From contig CAXXDV010000003.1 of assembly GCA_963674745.2 (NCBI GenBank), forward strand, positions 2,400,001 to 2,464,000: DNA of 64,000 bases, given 5' to 3'. Positions 49,702-60,369 of the stretch are shown one piece after another (positions within the stretch are counted from its first letter, which is position 1; the number at the start of each line of letters is the position of its first letter). The notes under the pieces were generated by a model, which saw only the letters and a program-made list of their open reading frames with translations, did no database searches and was not told the DNA's origin. The position numbers and the translations under genes are program-made. The stretch is from Desulfosudaceae bacterium. Its GTDB lineage: Bacteria; Desulfobacterota; Desulfobacteria; Desulfobacterales; Desulfosudaceae.

Positions 49702-50940
49702 ATGAAAACATATACTTTTCAAAAATCAAGAGAACTGTTTCAAAAAGCGTCCCGTCTCATCCCCTGCGGCATATACGGGCACTTCAGTCCGGCGCCGCTG
49801 ATCCCGCCGGAGCATTATCCTTTTTACGCGGAAAAAGCGTCCGGTGCCCGCATAACGGATGTAGACGGCAATGAATTCGTCGACTATATGTGCGCCTACG
49901 GCCCCATGGTACTGGGGTACAATCATGAAGGCGTGGACAGGGCCGCCGCCGCTCAGCGCGAAAAGGGAAACTGCCTGTCAATGCCGTCACCGATCATGGT
50001 GGAGCTGGCCGAAAAACTGGTCGACACGGTTTCCATCGCCGACTGGGCTTTTTTTGCCAAAAACGGCAACGATGTCACCACTTACGCCCTCATGACCGCC
50101 AGAAAAGCCACGGGCAGGAAAAAAATCGTTTGCATCAAAGGCGGCTATCACGGTGTGGCGCCTTGGACGCAAGGTTACGGCCACCATGGCATCATGGAAG
50201 AAGACGGCCGGCATATCATCCGCATTCCCTGGAATGATATCGGCGCCCTGGAAGCGGCTATCGACCGGAACCCGGACCAGATTGCCGGCTTCATGGCCTG
50301 TCCTTATCATCACCCCACCTTTGTGGATAATGAAATGCCGGCCGATGGTTACTGGCAGAACGTGGAACGTATCTGCCGCCGACACGGCATCGTGCTGATA
50401 GTCGATGACATCCGTTGTGGATTTCGGCTGGACATCCGGGGATCAAACGAATATTTCGGATTCAAACCGGATCTGATCTGTTTCTGCAAGGCCATCGGCA
50501 ACGGTTATCCCATCTCGGCCCTGGTCGGTGTCGAGTCGTTGAAAAACGACGCCGCCAAAGTATTCTACACCGGCAGTTACTGGTTTTCGGCGGTCCCCAT
50601 GGCCGCGGCCATCGCCACCATCGACGAGATGAAACGGATCAATGCCACCAAAACCATGCTCTCTTTCGGCGAAAAACTGCGGGACGGGCTGATCTCCAGC
50701 GCCCAACAGCATGGTTTCGACCTGAAGGTTACGGGTCATCCCGCCATGCCCTACCTGCGCATCACCGATGATCCCACCCTCATGCTGCATCAGAAATGGT
50801 GCGGCGAATGCACCCGCCGGGGCGCTTTTTTCACATCTCACCATAACTGGTTTGTATCAACAGCCCATAATGATGAAGACCTTGACCTGACCCTGCAAAT
50901 CGCCGACGCGGCTTTTGAAGCAGTTAAACAGCAATCATAA
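49702..50940 (+). CDS. Class III PLP aminotransferase (GSA-aminomutase-like)
   Basis: DVDGNEFVDY, GGYHG, DDIRCGFR, PDLICFCKAIGNGYP (PLP lysine). Confidence 0.9.
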   Translation: MKTYTFQKSRELFQKASRLIPCGIYGHFSPAPLIPPEHYPFYAEKASGARITDVDGNEFVDYMCAYGPMVLGYNHEGVDRAAAAQREKGNCLSMPSPIMVELAEKLVDTVSIADWAFFAKNGNDVTTYALMTARKATGRKKIVCIKGGYHGVAPWTQGYGHHGIMEEDGRHIIRIPWNDIGALEAAIDRNPDQIAGFMACPYHHPTFVDNEMPADGYWQNVERICRRHGIVLIVDDIRCGFRLDIRGSNEYFGFKPDLICFCKAIGNGYPISALVGVESLKNDAAKVFYTGSYWFSAVPMAAAIATIDEMKRINATKTMLSFGEKLRDGLISSAQQHGFDLKVTGHPAMPYLRITDDPTLMLHQKWCGECTRRGAFFTSHHNWFVSTAHNDEDLDLTLQIADAAFEAVKQQS

Positions 50941-50962
50941 CAACATGACGGAGGCAACGATA

Positions 50963-51799
50963 ATGGCTTTATCACAAGAAGAATTCACATTATTAAATGA
51001 AAAAGCCCGACAGGCCCGAAGGGACATCGTCGATATCACCGGTTGGTCCGGCGGCGCCCATATCGGCGGCGGATTATCGGTGGTGGATATGCTGATTATC
51101 CTTTACTACAAGTACATGAACATCAACCCCCAGCAACCCGACTGGGAGGACCGTGACCGCTTCATTCTCAGCAAGGGTCACGCCGGGGTGGCTTACGCGC
51201 CGGTACTGGCAAGAAAAGGCTACTTTGATTTCGACCTGCTTAAAACCTTCAACAAATTCAAATCACCCTTTGGCATGCACCTGGACGGCGGCAAGGTCAA
51301 GGGTGTGGATGCGTCTACCGGCTCCCTGGGACACGGGCTGCCCATAGGCGTGGGCATGGCACTTGGCGCAAGGCTGCAGAAGAAAGACTGGTGGACATAC
51401 TGTATCCTGGGTGACGGCGAATGTAACGAAGGCTCGATCTGGGAAGCGGCCATGGCTGCCAGTCATTTCAAGCTGACCAACCTGATCACCTTCGTGGACA
51501 AAAACAGGCTGATGATCGACGGCACCACCGAAGAGGTCATGGGCCTGGAGCCCCTGGCGGACAAATGGACCGCCTTCGGCTTTATTGTAAAAGAGGTGGA
51601 TGGCCACAGTTTCGAGGAACTGGCTGCCGCCATCGATTATGCCCACAGTAAACCCGGGCAACCGGTGGTCATCATCGCCAATACGGTTAAAGGCAAAGGT
51701 GTCGATTTTATGGAAAACGAGGTTAAATGGCATTACGGCGGGCTGGATACGGCGCTGCTGGAAAAGGCCCACCAGTCCATAGATAAAATGTACGCCTGA
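50963..51799 (+). CDS. Transketolase N-terminal subunit
   Basis: HIGGGLS, RDRFILSKGHA, STGSLGHG, GDGECNEG ThDP motif. Confidence 0.93.
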   Translation: MALSQEEFTLLNEKARQARRDIVDITGWSGGAHIGGGLSVVDMLIILYYKYMNINPQQPDWEDRDRFILSKGHAGVAYAPVLARKGYFDFDLLKTFNKFKSPFGMHLDGGKVKGVDASTGSLGHGLPIGVGMALGARLQKKDWWTYCILGDGECNEGSIWEAAMAASHFKLTNLITFVDKNRLMIDGTTEEVMGLEPLADKWTAFGFIVKEVDGHSFEELAAAIDYAHSKPGQPVVIIANTVKGKGVDFMENEVKWHYGGLDTALLEKAHQSIDKMYA

Positions 51800-51865
51800 T
51801 AACGGCCGATAATAAATCAGACATGAAATCATCATTATTAAATTTTCAGATAACAGGAGTCAATT

Positions 51866-52876
51866 ATGAGTGAAGGCATCACCTGGACGGTTTATGACGC
51901 GGATACCATGACCCAGGCTGAGATATACGGTCAGGTATTATGCGATCTGGGAAAAATCAATCCGAAGATTGTCGGATTATCCGCAGACCTGGCCAAGTCC
52001 ACTAAAATCGGCCGTTTTCAGGACCATTTCCCGGAACGTTTTTTCAACGTCGGCATCGCGGAGCAGAATCTGTTCGGTGTGGCCGCGGGCCTGGCCAAGA
52101 CCGGCCTGCTGCCGTTCGTATCCACCATGGCCGCGTTTTCATCCATGCGGGCCGCCGAGCAGGTCAGGACCGACATCTGCTACCAGAACCTGGACGTCAA
52201 AATTATCGCCACCCACGGCGGTGCTTCTTTCGGCCAGGCCGGAACCACCCATCACTGCACCGAAGATATCGCCATCATGCGGTCTTTCGCCAACATGACC
52301 GTGATTGTACCGGCCGACGGCATAGAAATGGCCAATGTGGTCAAACAGTGTGTCGATTATCCGGGCCCGGTTTATATCCGTATCGGCCGCGGATTTGAAC
52401 CCCGCCATTATGAAAACGAGGAATACGGATTTACCATTGGCAAGGCCGTGGAATTATCCCAGGGTACGGACATTACCATCATCTGCTGCGGTATCACCGT
52501 GTTCCACGCCATGGAAGCGGCCAAGGTACTGACGGAAGATGACAAGCTGTCGGTACGCGTGCTCAACATGCATACCATCAAACCGCTGGATGAAGAAGCC
52601 GTCATGAAAGCCGTCACGGAAACCCGGCGATTGATCGTCTTTGAAGAGCACAATGTCAACGGCGGATTGGGCAGTGCCGTGGCCGATGTCATTGCGCAAA
52701 GCGGCAAAGGCTGCGCTTTCAAAAAAGTCGGTATTCCGGACTGTTTCTGTGAAGTCGGTTATCCGGAAGACCTTTATACCCACTACCGGCTGGACACGGA
52801 CGGTATCATCGAAACCGTGCGGGAAGTGATGAATATCGAATTTGAAGAGGACGAAGACTGGGAAGACGAGGTATAA
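51866..52876 (+). CDS. Transketolase C-terminal subunit
   Basis: NVGIAEQN, GTTHH, GPVYIRIGR, HTIKPLD, EEHNVNGGLG. Confidence 0.93.
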   Translation: MSEGITWTVYDADTMTQAEIYGQVLCDLGKINPKIVGLSADLAKSTKIGRFQDHFPERFFNVGIAEQNLFGVAAGLAKTGLLPFVSTMAAFSSMRAAEQVRTDICYQNLDVKIIATHGGASFGQAGTTHHCTEDIAIMRSFANMTVIVPADGIEMANVVKQCVDYPGPVYIRIGRGFEPRHYENEEYGFTIGKAVELSQGTDITIICCGITVFHAMEAAKVLTEDDKLSVRVLNMHTIKPLDEEAVMKAVTETRRLIVFEEHNVNGGLGSAVADVIAQSGKGCAFKKVGIPDCFCEVGYPEDLYTHYRLDTDGIIETVREVMNIEFEEDEDWEDEV

Positions 52877-52877
52877 C

Positions 52878-53651
52878 ATGGCGACAGAAAAAGAGCTCAT
52901 GACGTCGAGGATTTTTTTACGTGCCGTTCTGCCGGTGATCAAGGTGCTGGTGGAAGAAGACCCTAAAATCAATAAAAAATTTGCCTCCGTCAGCGCCCGG
53001 GTGCAGTTTGTGGCCAAAGACCCCGCCGGAAGCATCGGTGCCTGTCTGGTATTTGACCAGGGTGATTTTCAGGTCGAGCAGGGCATAACAGACAAGCCGG
53101 ACATCACCTTTTCCTTCGGCAGTGTAGCGGCCATGAATGCCATGTTCGCCGGCAAACCGGCCCTGCCGATGATAAAGGGGTTGTTAAAAGTCGGGCTGCT
53201 GATAAAGGTAATGACCCTGCTGCTGGCTTTAAAACTGCTCATGCCGAACAACCGCCCCACAGACCCTGAAAAAAGACGGCTCAAGGTCAAAATGACCTTC
53301 TACATGATCACCACCGCGCTGTCCCAGTACAACAAAGGCGGAGACCCGGAAATGGTAAAATGGACCGGTTCACAACCGGAGCGCATCTACCAGATCACGG
53401 TTGATGATGATATCGCCGCTTACCTTCGCGTCAAAGCCGGAAAAACCAAAGCCGGTCGGGGAAAATACACCAAGCGACGCCCCTTTATTCACATGAAGTT
53501 TAACGGTGTGGACGGCGCCATGCCGGTCGTCCTGAATGATGTGGATATGGTTACGGCCGTCAAGGAAGGATTTCTGTCGGTTGATGGGCCGCCGGAATAC
53601 GGTCGGGATATCGGTGATTTTATGATGCGCATCCAGAACCTGATTACTTAA
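52878..53651 (+). CDS. Hypothetical protein, possibly SCP2-like
   Basis: Coupled to the transketolase stop; pattern similar to 48770 (DMVTAVKEGFLSVDG). Confidence 0.6.
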   Translation: MATEKELMTSRIFLRAVLPVIKVLVEEDPKINKKFASVSARVQFVAKDPAGSIGACLVFDQGDFQVEQGITDKPDITFSFGSVAAMNAMFAGKPALPMIKGLLKVGLLIKVMTLLLALKLLMPNNRPTDPEKRRLKVKMTFYMITTALSQYNKGGDPEMVKWTGSQPERIYQITVDDDIAAYLRVKAGKTKAGRGKYTKRRPFIHMKFNGVDGAMPVVLNDVDMVTAVKEGFLSVDGPPEYGRDIGDFMMRIQNLIT

Positions 53652-53653
53652 AA

Positions 53654-53829
53654 GGATTCAAGGGTTCGAGGGGGCAAGGGGTCAAGGGGTCAAGGGAAAG
53701 GCTAAAAACAATGAACGGGCGCACACTTGAACGCTCGGTTTATTTCCTGAGTCTTTTTGTGTTTCGTGCATCGGCAGGCAAGTTGCCGCCCCCCCCCTCG
53801 ACCCCTTGAATCCTCGCCCCCCTGAACCC
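53654..53829. repeat. Inverted pair of 8-mer arrays between convergent genes
   Basis: ggattcaa gggttcga gggggcaa ggggtcaa ggggtcaa (53654-53693) vs tcgacccc ttgaatcc tcgccccc ctgaaccc (53798-53829). Confidence 0.85.
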
Positions 53830-53833
53830 TTTG

Positions 53834-55822
53834 TCACCTGGCGTTGGCGACTGCCGTGACTTTTCCATCGGGTGGCGGCGCAAACCCGGCCGAAGTGGTG
53901 TGGTTGATATAGGCCTTGATACCATTGAGGATACCGTCACAGAGGTGGCGTTGATACTCACGGTCCGTCAGGCGACGGCATTCTTCGCGATTGCTGATAA
54001 AACCCGTTTCTATCAGAATGGACGGCATCTGGGCACCGATCAGCACGTAAAACGGCGCCTGCTTGACCCCTTTATCTTTTATTCGCTTGTACCGCTTTTT
54101 CAAATACCCGCATAAGGCACTCTGCACATATCCGGCCAAACGGCTTGATTCGTTAATCTTCGCGTTCTGCATCAGGTCCTGTAGAATCGTCTGCAAATCG
54201 CTGATATTTTTCTGGGAGGTACTGTTTTCCATGGCCGCCACCCGCATGGCATCTTCGTCGGTGGCCAGGTTCAAGATATACGTCTCAATGCCATAAGCGT
54301 CCCTGGCCCGGCAGGCATTGGTATGAATGGAAATAAACAGGTCGGCGTTCTTCATGTTGGCAATCGCCGTACGTTCTTCCAGGGTCAGAAACTCATCCCC
54401 TTCGCGGGTCATAATGACTTCACAGCCCAGTTCATCCCTGATCCGGTCGGCCAGCATCCGGGACAAATCCAGGACGACTTTCTTCTCATGGATACCCTTT
54501 AAATTACCGGGCGCCCCGCCGTCTTTACCGCCGTGACCGGGATCGATCACGATCCGCCTGACCGTCAAGCCCAGCTGTTTTGCCAGAGACGTTTTTCCGC
54601 TCTCCTCTTTCGCTTGCTTCCGGTCGGCGGCCGTCACAGCAGGCACATCACCCTGATCACCGCTGACATCAATGACGACCCTGAAAGGATCCCGCAGGGA
54701 AAAAATTTTATAATTTTCAAAGGATTTAATATCCACCACGACCCGCACGCAGGTATTCGTGTACTGTCCGGCCCGGATATCTTTCAGCAGATTATCGTCA
54801 ATGGTGACCTGTCGGGATAATTCCTGATGAAGCCGGCTGCCCTTTAAATCGATATACAGACGAGGCGGTTTGCCACTGGCAGCGTCTCTTTTTAACAGAT
54901 TATGCGTAAATTCCGCGGGACCGGTCGTGTCGATGACAACACGGGTATAACTGGGATTGGACCAGTAGCGAAGCTCTTTGACAACAACCGTCTGACCTGA
55001 AGTCGACACTTCTGAAACAGGAAATGGCAGGTCCGTGAACCGGTCATCTTCCGCCGACTCAGATACCGGTTCTTTATCAGGCGTCAAAACGCCGGAAACA
55101 CCGGCGCCAGCTAGGGCGTCGGCTGCTTTCTTATGATACGCGCTCTTAGGAAAATCATCGACGACCTTTTGCAGCAACCGGTTCCCCTCGAGCCGGTCCT
55201 CTTTTTTATAGGAATACTTATAGAGCTCACCATAAAGATTACCGGCCATGTACAGACCTGCAGCCGCCCAGGGGCCGTCCGGATCGGACGAATAAACCCC
55301 ATGAAAGGCGTTGATGCAGTCCAGCCAGTAACAACGGTATTTTTTTCGGCTTTTATTTTTGAGCAGTTTCTGATAGCAGGCGTCCGCCTCAAAATATTCC
55401 TTTTTGATCGTCTTAACATCAACCGCCGGACGATTGTGCCGCGGTGCCTTTTCCATCTTTTCAAGTTGGTTTTTGGCCTTGGCACTGTATGCGCTTTTAG
55501 GATAATCGGCAATGATATTTTGAAAAATATCAGAGGCTTTCCGGAGATCGGCGGTCCGACCGGAATACCTGGAAAGTTTCTGATACAAAAGGCCGGTCCG
55601 GTATAAAGCGGCTGCAGCCCATGGGCCGGATGGATCGGCATCATGAACATCCATATAATTGTTAATGCAGTTCAACCAGTAGGACCGGTACCGTTTGTGT
55701 TTGGGGTTCTGATCCAGGTCTTTGGTGCACCTTTCAGCCTCAAAAAAACGGGTTTTAAGGTTCGGGGATAAAAGCGCACAGGAAAACAGGCCGGAAGCAA
55801 GTAAGCAGATGATCACCAGCAC
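53834..55822 (-). CDS. N-acetylmuramoyl-L-alanine amidase with duplicated TPR-like N-terminus and AMIN domain
   Basis: IVIDPGHGGKD, LEERTAIAN, ADLFISIH, QAPFYVLIGAQMPSILIETGF; YTRVVID AMIN-like segment. Confidence 0.93.
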   Translation of the reverse strand: MLVIICLLASGLFSCALLSPNLKTRFFEAERCTKDLDQNPKHKRYRSYWLNCINNYMDVHDADPSGPWAAAALYRTGLLYQKLSRYSGRTADLRKASDIFQNIIADYPKSAYSAKAKNQLEKMEKAPRHNRPAVDVKTIKKEYFEADACYQKLLKNKSRKKYRCYWLDCINAFHGVYSSDPDGPWAAAGLYMAGNLYGELYKYSYKKEDRLEGNRLLQKVVDDFPKSAYHKKAADALAGAGVSGVLTPDKEPVSESAEDDRFTDLPFPVSEVSTSGQTVVVKELRYWSNPSYTRVVIDTTGPAEFTHNLLKRDAASGKPPRLYIDLKGSRLHQELSRQVTIDDNLLKDIRAGQYTNTCVRVVVDIKSFENYKIFSLRDPFRVVIDVSGDQGDVPAVTAADRKQAKEESGKTSLAKQLGLTVRRIVIDPGHGGKDGGAPGNLKGIHEKKVVLDLSRMLADRIRDELGCEVIMTREGDEFLTLEERTAIANMKNADLFISIHTNACRARDAYGIETYILNLATDEDAMRVAAMENSTSQKNISDLQTILQDLMQNAKINESSRLAGYVQSALCGYLKKRYKRIKDKGVKQAPFYVLIGAQMPSILIETGFISNREECRRLTDREYQRHLCDGILNGIKAYINHTTSAGFAPPPDGKVTAVANAR

Positions 55823-55848
55823 CGGTAAATATCTTTTCCTGGTCTTGG

Positions 55849-58500
55849 TCAGGCTTTTAATAATTTTTCCGCCTTCAGTTTTAAGTCATTTAAACAATTC
55901 AAGGCCTCCAGTGGCGTCATGGCCGATATATCCAACTGGGACAATATATCAGCCAGCACGTCAGCGGGAGAATCAAAAAATGACATTTGCACGGGGCCTT
56001 TATTCTTTGACCTGGATTTGATCCCGGAAAGGGACTCAAACCCGGCGTCCCCCTGTTCAATATCGAAAAGTATCTCTTTGGCTCGGGTAATGACCGCTGC
56101 GGGAATACCCGCCAGTCTGGCCACCTGAATACCATAGCTGCGGTTGGTGCTGCCTTCGACCAGTCTCCTGAGAAAAATAATATCATCGTTCCACTCTTTA
56201 ACGGCGATATTAAAGTTCTTAACCCGCGGTTTTATCTCGGTCAGTTCCGTCAGTTCGTGATAATGCGTGGCAAACAGCGTCTTGACCCCCCGGCCGTGGT
56301 GCAGATCATGAAGGTATTCGGCCACCGCCCAGGCGATACTCAGGCCGTCGTAAGTACTTGTTCCCCGGCCGATCTCGTCGATAACAACCAGGCTCCGGGA
56401 TGTGGCGTTGTTAATAATATTGGCGGTCTCTTCCATCTCAACCATGAAGGTACTCTGTCCGGAGGCCAGATTGTCCAGGGCACCGACACGGGTAAAAATC
56501 CGGTCAACAATACCCGTCCGATACTTCCTGGCCGGCACGAAGGACCCCATTTGGGCCAGAATGGCGCATAACGCGACCTGTCGTAAAATCGTCGATTTAC
56601 CGGCCATATTCGGGCCGGTAATAATCAGCAGCTGGTTTTCGGTGTCGTCCAGCTTAACGGTATTGGGCACATAACGTTCGGCCGTCAGCACTTTCTCCAC
56701 AACCGGATGACGACCGTCTTCCATGTATATTTCACCATCGTCCGTAATTTCCGGCCGGGTATAATGGTTGTTCACGGCCACGTCGGCCAAGGCGCAGAGA
56801 ACGTCGATTCTGGCGGCAAAAGCCGCGGCTGCGAAAACATACCGGCTGTTTTTTGCCACCCGGTTACGGATATCGTTGAAAATCGACAGTTCAAGTGCCA
56901 GACGCTGTTCCTCGGCACCTAACACAAGGTTTTCAAACTTTTTCAATTCATCGGTAATATAGCGCTCGGCATTGACCAGCGTCTGTTTTCGGACATAATG
57001 ATCCGGAACGGACGACACTTGAGACCTGGGCACTTCAAGGTAATAACCGAAGACCTTGTTGTACCTCACCTTGAGAGTATTAATACCGGTCAGTTCCTTT
57101 TCCCGCGCTTCCATGGCGGCCAGCCGGTTCTTGCTGTCCCGACTGACGGCAATCAGTTCACGCAGTTCAGGGTGGAATTCTTCGCGGATCAGGTTGCCTT
57201 CCTGAATGGTCGGCGGGGCGTCCTCCCTCAGGGCCGCCTCAAGCAGTTCGGAAATACCGGCCAGCGTTTCCTGCTGGTCCACGCTCAGGCAGTCTGCCGG
57301 AGAAAAAAGCGGGCTTTGAAAAACCGCTAATGTCTCAAAAATAAGCGGCAAGGCTTGAAGGGACCGTTTCAAGGCCACCAGGTCACGGGCGTTGGCCCGG
57401 CCCATAACCGCTTTGCTGGTGAGTCGTTCAAGGTCATATACGGACTTTAAGTGTTCTCTGACTTGCCGCCGGACACCGTCCTTGCCGAAGGCTTCGGATA
57501 CGGCATCATAACGGCCAATGACCTTTTCCGCGTCCATCAGGGGATAGTGCAGCCACTGCCGCAGCAACCGGCTGCCCATGGCCGTCACGCAACCATCCAG
57601 AATTTCGACCAGCGTCCCCTGCCTGGACCCGGTCCGCAGGTTATTAAAAAGTTCCAGATTTCGACAGGTCGTATCATCAACCAGCAGGTAATTATCCAGG
57701 CAATAGGTTTCTATTGCCGTAAACTGGGCGGCATCCTGTTTCTGGGTCTGATGCACATAGGACAGAAGGGCACCGGCGGCGGAGACACCGACGGTCAGTT
57801 TTTCGCACCCGAAGCCTTCCAGCGAACGCGTGGCAAACTGCCGGATCAATTTCTCGCGGGCAAAGGAAAATTCGAACTCGGTATCCGGCAAACAGGATAC
57901 GGCTGTTTCGGAAAACAATTCCCGCACAAAGGCAAAGGCCGCATCCGTTTGGGCGGATTCCGGAAGAATGATCTCTTTTGGGCCGATTCGCAGCAGCTCA
58001 TCTCCCACCGCGCGCTTATCGTTTGATTCACAAAGGCGAAAAGAACCGGTGGAAATATCGATGGCGGAAATACCGAACCTATCGTCCCGACGAAAAACGG
58101 CCAGGACATAGTTGTTGCTGTCCTTTTCCAGCAGTTCATTGTCGATGATCATACCCGGCGTGACAACGCGGACCACTTCGCGGTCGACCAGGCCTTTAGC
58201 CGCAGAAGGGTCCTGCACCTGTTCGCAGACAGCGACTTTGAAGCCGTTATCGATCAGTCGGCCGATATAACCGTCGGCGGCCTTGACCGGCACACCGCAC
58301 ATGGGAATGGGGTTGGGATCGTTTTTATTGCGGGAGGTCAGGGTAATTTCCAGGACAGAGGAAGCGGTTTGCGCGTCTTCGAAAAACATCTCGTAGAAGT
58401 CGCCCATCCGGTAAAACAAAATGGCATCCGTGTACTGTTCCTTAATGGAAAGGTACTGCTGCATCATGGGAGTCGCTGCTACAGAGCCCATCACCGACAC
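55849..58500 (-). CDS. mutS: DNA mismatch repair protein MutS
   Basis: TPMMQQY, FYRMGDFYEMF, ITGPNMAGKST, DEIGRGTST, FATHYHEL. Confidence 0.98.
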   Translation of the reverse strand: MSVMGSVAATPMMQQYLSIKEQYTDAILFYRMGDFYEMFFEDAQTASSVLEITLTSRNKNDPNPIPMCGVPVKAADGYIGRLIDNGFKVAVCEQVQDPSAAKGLVDREVVRVVTPGMIIDNELLEKDSNNYVLAVFRRDDRFGISAIDISTGSFRLCESNDKRAVGDELLRIGPKEIILPESAQTDAAFAFVRELFSETAVSCLPDTEFEFSFAREKLIRQFATRSLEGFGCEKLTVGVSAAGALLSYVHQTQKQDAAQFTAIETYCLDNYLLVDDTTCRNLELFNNLRTGSRQGTLVEILDGCVTAMGSRLLRQWLHYPLMDAEKVIGRYDAVSEAFGKDGVRRQVREHLKSVYDLERLTSKAVMGRANARDLVALKRSLQALPLIFETLAVFQSPLFSPADCLSVDQQETLAGISELLEAALREDAPPTIQEGNLIREEFHPELRELIAVSRDSKNRLAAMEAREKELTGINTLKVRYNKVFGYYLEVPRSQVSSVPDHYVRKQTLVNAERYITDELKKFENLVLGAEEQRLALELSIFNDIRNRVAKNSRYVFAAAAFAARIDVLCALADVAVNNHYTRPEITDDGEIYMEDGRHPVVEKVLTAERYVPNTVKLDDTENQLLIITGPNMAGKSTILRQVALCAILAQMGSFVPARKYRTGIVDRIFTRVGALDNLASGQSTFMVEMEETANIINNATSRSLVVIDEIGRGTSTYDGLSIAWAVAEYLHDLHHGRGVKTLFATHYHELTELTEIKPRVKNFNIAVKEWNDDIIFLRRLVEGSTNRSYGIQVARLAGIPAAVITRAKEILFDIEQGDAGFESLSGIKSRSKNKGPVQMSFFDSPADVLADILSQLDISAMTPLEALNCLNDLKLKAEKLLKA

Positions 58501-58547
58501 ACCCGAACGTTTAACAGTTTACAATCCTCCCGGCATGATGCCGTTCA

Positions 58548-58919
58548 TCAGGAAGAGACCACGGTGCTTTCGTCAACGGTCTCTACGTTTTGCGGCACGG
58601 CTCTAAGCTCGGCCACATCTCTTTCAAGAGCGGTAATCTTTTCACTTGAGTCGGTCACTTCACTGGTCAGCGCCTTTATGGTCCGTCTCGATTGCCAGCG
58701 GCTTCGCAAGGTGGAGATAAAAGCCAGCAGCAGCCCGGCCACAAAGAAAACAAGCAGCAGAATACCATTCTGTATCTCGGGGGTCTGATAGCTGGCAAAC
58801 CACAAATTTAAACCAAACTGATGTTTGACCAAAAGAAACCCCATGTTCTGATAACCGATTATACCAAAAAATACCAGAATGAGAATCAAGATAACCAGTT
58901 TAACCTTTTTCATGACCAC
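58548..58919 (-). CDS. LapA family membrane protein
   Basis: Two TM segments with QN after TM1 and a C-terminal coiled coil. Confidence 0.7.
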   Translation of the reverse strand: MVMKKVKLVILILILVFFGIIGYQNMGFLLVKHQFGLNLWFASYQTPEIQNGILLLVFFVAGLLLAFISTLRSRWQSRRTIKALTSEVTDSSEKITALERDVAELRAVPQNVETVDESTVVSS

Positions 58920-59074
58920 CTCTTTTGCGAGAATTTATTATCCCGACGGGAATCGATCCGGGAAAAAACTCTGGTCGATTTTCGCCTCGGGTTCAATATC
59001 GACTTTAATCTTTTAAACAATATTAACTTTTAGGGAAACCATCAACCTTTTTTTGCGTTCGGGGCAGGCAAGCA

Positions 59075-60250
59075 TCACCCTGGGCCATCCCCTTCCTGCC
59101 AGTCAAGCGTCGGACGCATATCCGGCGGGCACTGGCGGATAAAATACTTGTCGGTCATACCCGCCATGAAATCTCTTACAATCTCGGGCGTTTGATGAGA
59201 TGACAGGTACGATTCGGACATATCTCGCAGAAAATTGGTGAATATGACGGAATCATGATTGACGGTTTCGATATCATTACAGTACCGTTCAAAAAGCATC
59301 ACAAATAAACGGTTAATCGTATCGGAAGCCGCCTTGATCTTCGGATTCTTATAAATACGCTCATAATTAAAGGCTTTCAGCCGGCGCAAAGCATCCGACA
59401 CTTCTTCACTGAAGGCGACGCAGTGATTGTTCATGCTGGTCCTGATAATATCCGTAACCAGTGAATAAACGATCTTGCCGTTGGTGTCGCCCAGTACCTT
59501 GACGCACTTTGCCGGTATGTCCCGGCGGCGGATCAGGTCAAGCCGGATGGCATCTTCAATATCACGCCCGATATAACTGACCGTGTCGGCAAACCGGACG
59601 ACACAACCTTCCAGGGTCATCGGCACCAGTTTTGCTGCGGGATTTTTCTTTTTTTGCGCCATCTCCCGTTCGAGCGTGGCAAAGGTTTTGTCCACTGCCG
59701 GCACAAGGTTGCGGTTATGCACCTCCCCGTCATGGCACAAGATACCGTCCAGGGTCTGCAGACACAGATTGCAGCCTTTGCCTTTCCGCTCAACTTTGTC
59801 CAGGAACTGGACGCTTTGAACATTATGCATGAAATGATCGATACCCGCTTGTTGGCAAAGCCTGGACAGATAGGTTTCGCCCTCGTGCCCGAAAGGCGTA
59901 TGACCGATATCATGTCCCAGCGCGATGGCCTCGATCAAGTCTTCATTCAACTCCAGCAGACGGCCGATCGTCCTGGCGACCCGGGAGACCAGCTGCACGT
60001 GCAGCACCCGGTGCGTGATATGATCGTTCTCGACAAGGTAAAACACCTGCGTTTTGTCAATGTACCGCGTATAGGCCAGCGAATGCAGAATCCGATCCAC
60101 ATCCACGGCAAAAGGTTGGCGATAATCTTCATCTAAAACGGGTTCTTCCCTGCGGCGGGCACTGTCGGCACTGCGGGCGGCAGATGACGATAAAATACAA
60201 CGCTCCCGCTGATTCAGCACATCTCGCATACTGTCCAATAAAGCCGACAT
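59075..60250 (-). CDS. dGTP triphosphohydrolase-like HD protein
   Basis: DRILHS, KTQVF, THRVLH, LGHDIGHTPFGHEGE, DFMAGMTD. Confidence 0.9.
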   Translation of the reverse strand: MSALLDSMRDVLNQRERCILSSSAARSADSARRREEPVLDEDYRQPFAVDVDRILHSLAYTRYIDKTQVFYLVENDHITHRVLHVQLVSRVARTIGRLLELNEDLIEAIALGHDIGHTPFGHEGETYLSRLCQQAGIDHFMHNVQSVQFLDKVERKGKGCNLCLQTLDGILCHDGEVHNRNLVPAVDKTFATLEREMAQKKKNPAAKLVPMTLEGCVVRFADTVSYIGRDIEDAIRLDLIRRRDIPAKCVKVLGDTNGKIVYSLVTDIIRTSMNNHCVAFSEEVSDALRRLKAFNYERIYKNPKIKAASDTINRLFVMLFERYCNDIETVNHDSVIFTNFLRDMSESYLSSHQTPEIVRDFMAGMTDKYFIRQCPPDMRPTLDWQEGDGPG

Positions 60251-60369
60251 ATAATTGTCCTGCCCGGTAGGTTTGATTTGAATTTAACTTACGGGATATT
60301 AAAGGCTAAGAGGGAAAATGTCAAAAACGTTGTTAAGGGAATCTCTAAAAATACCCTTCATTCTTAATT

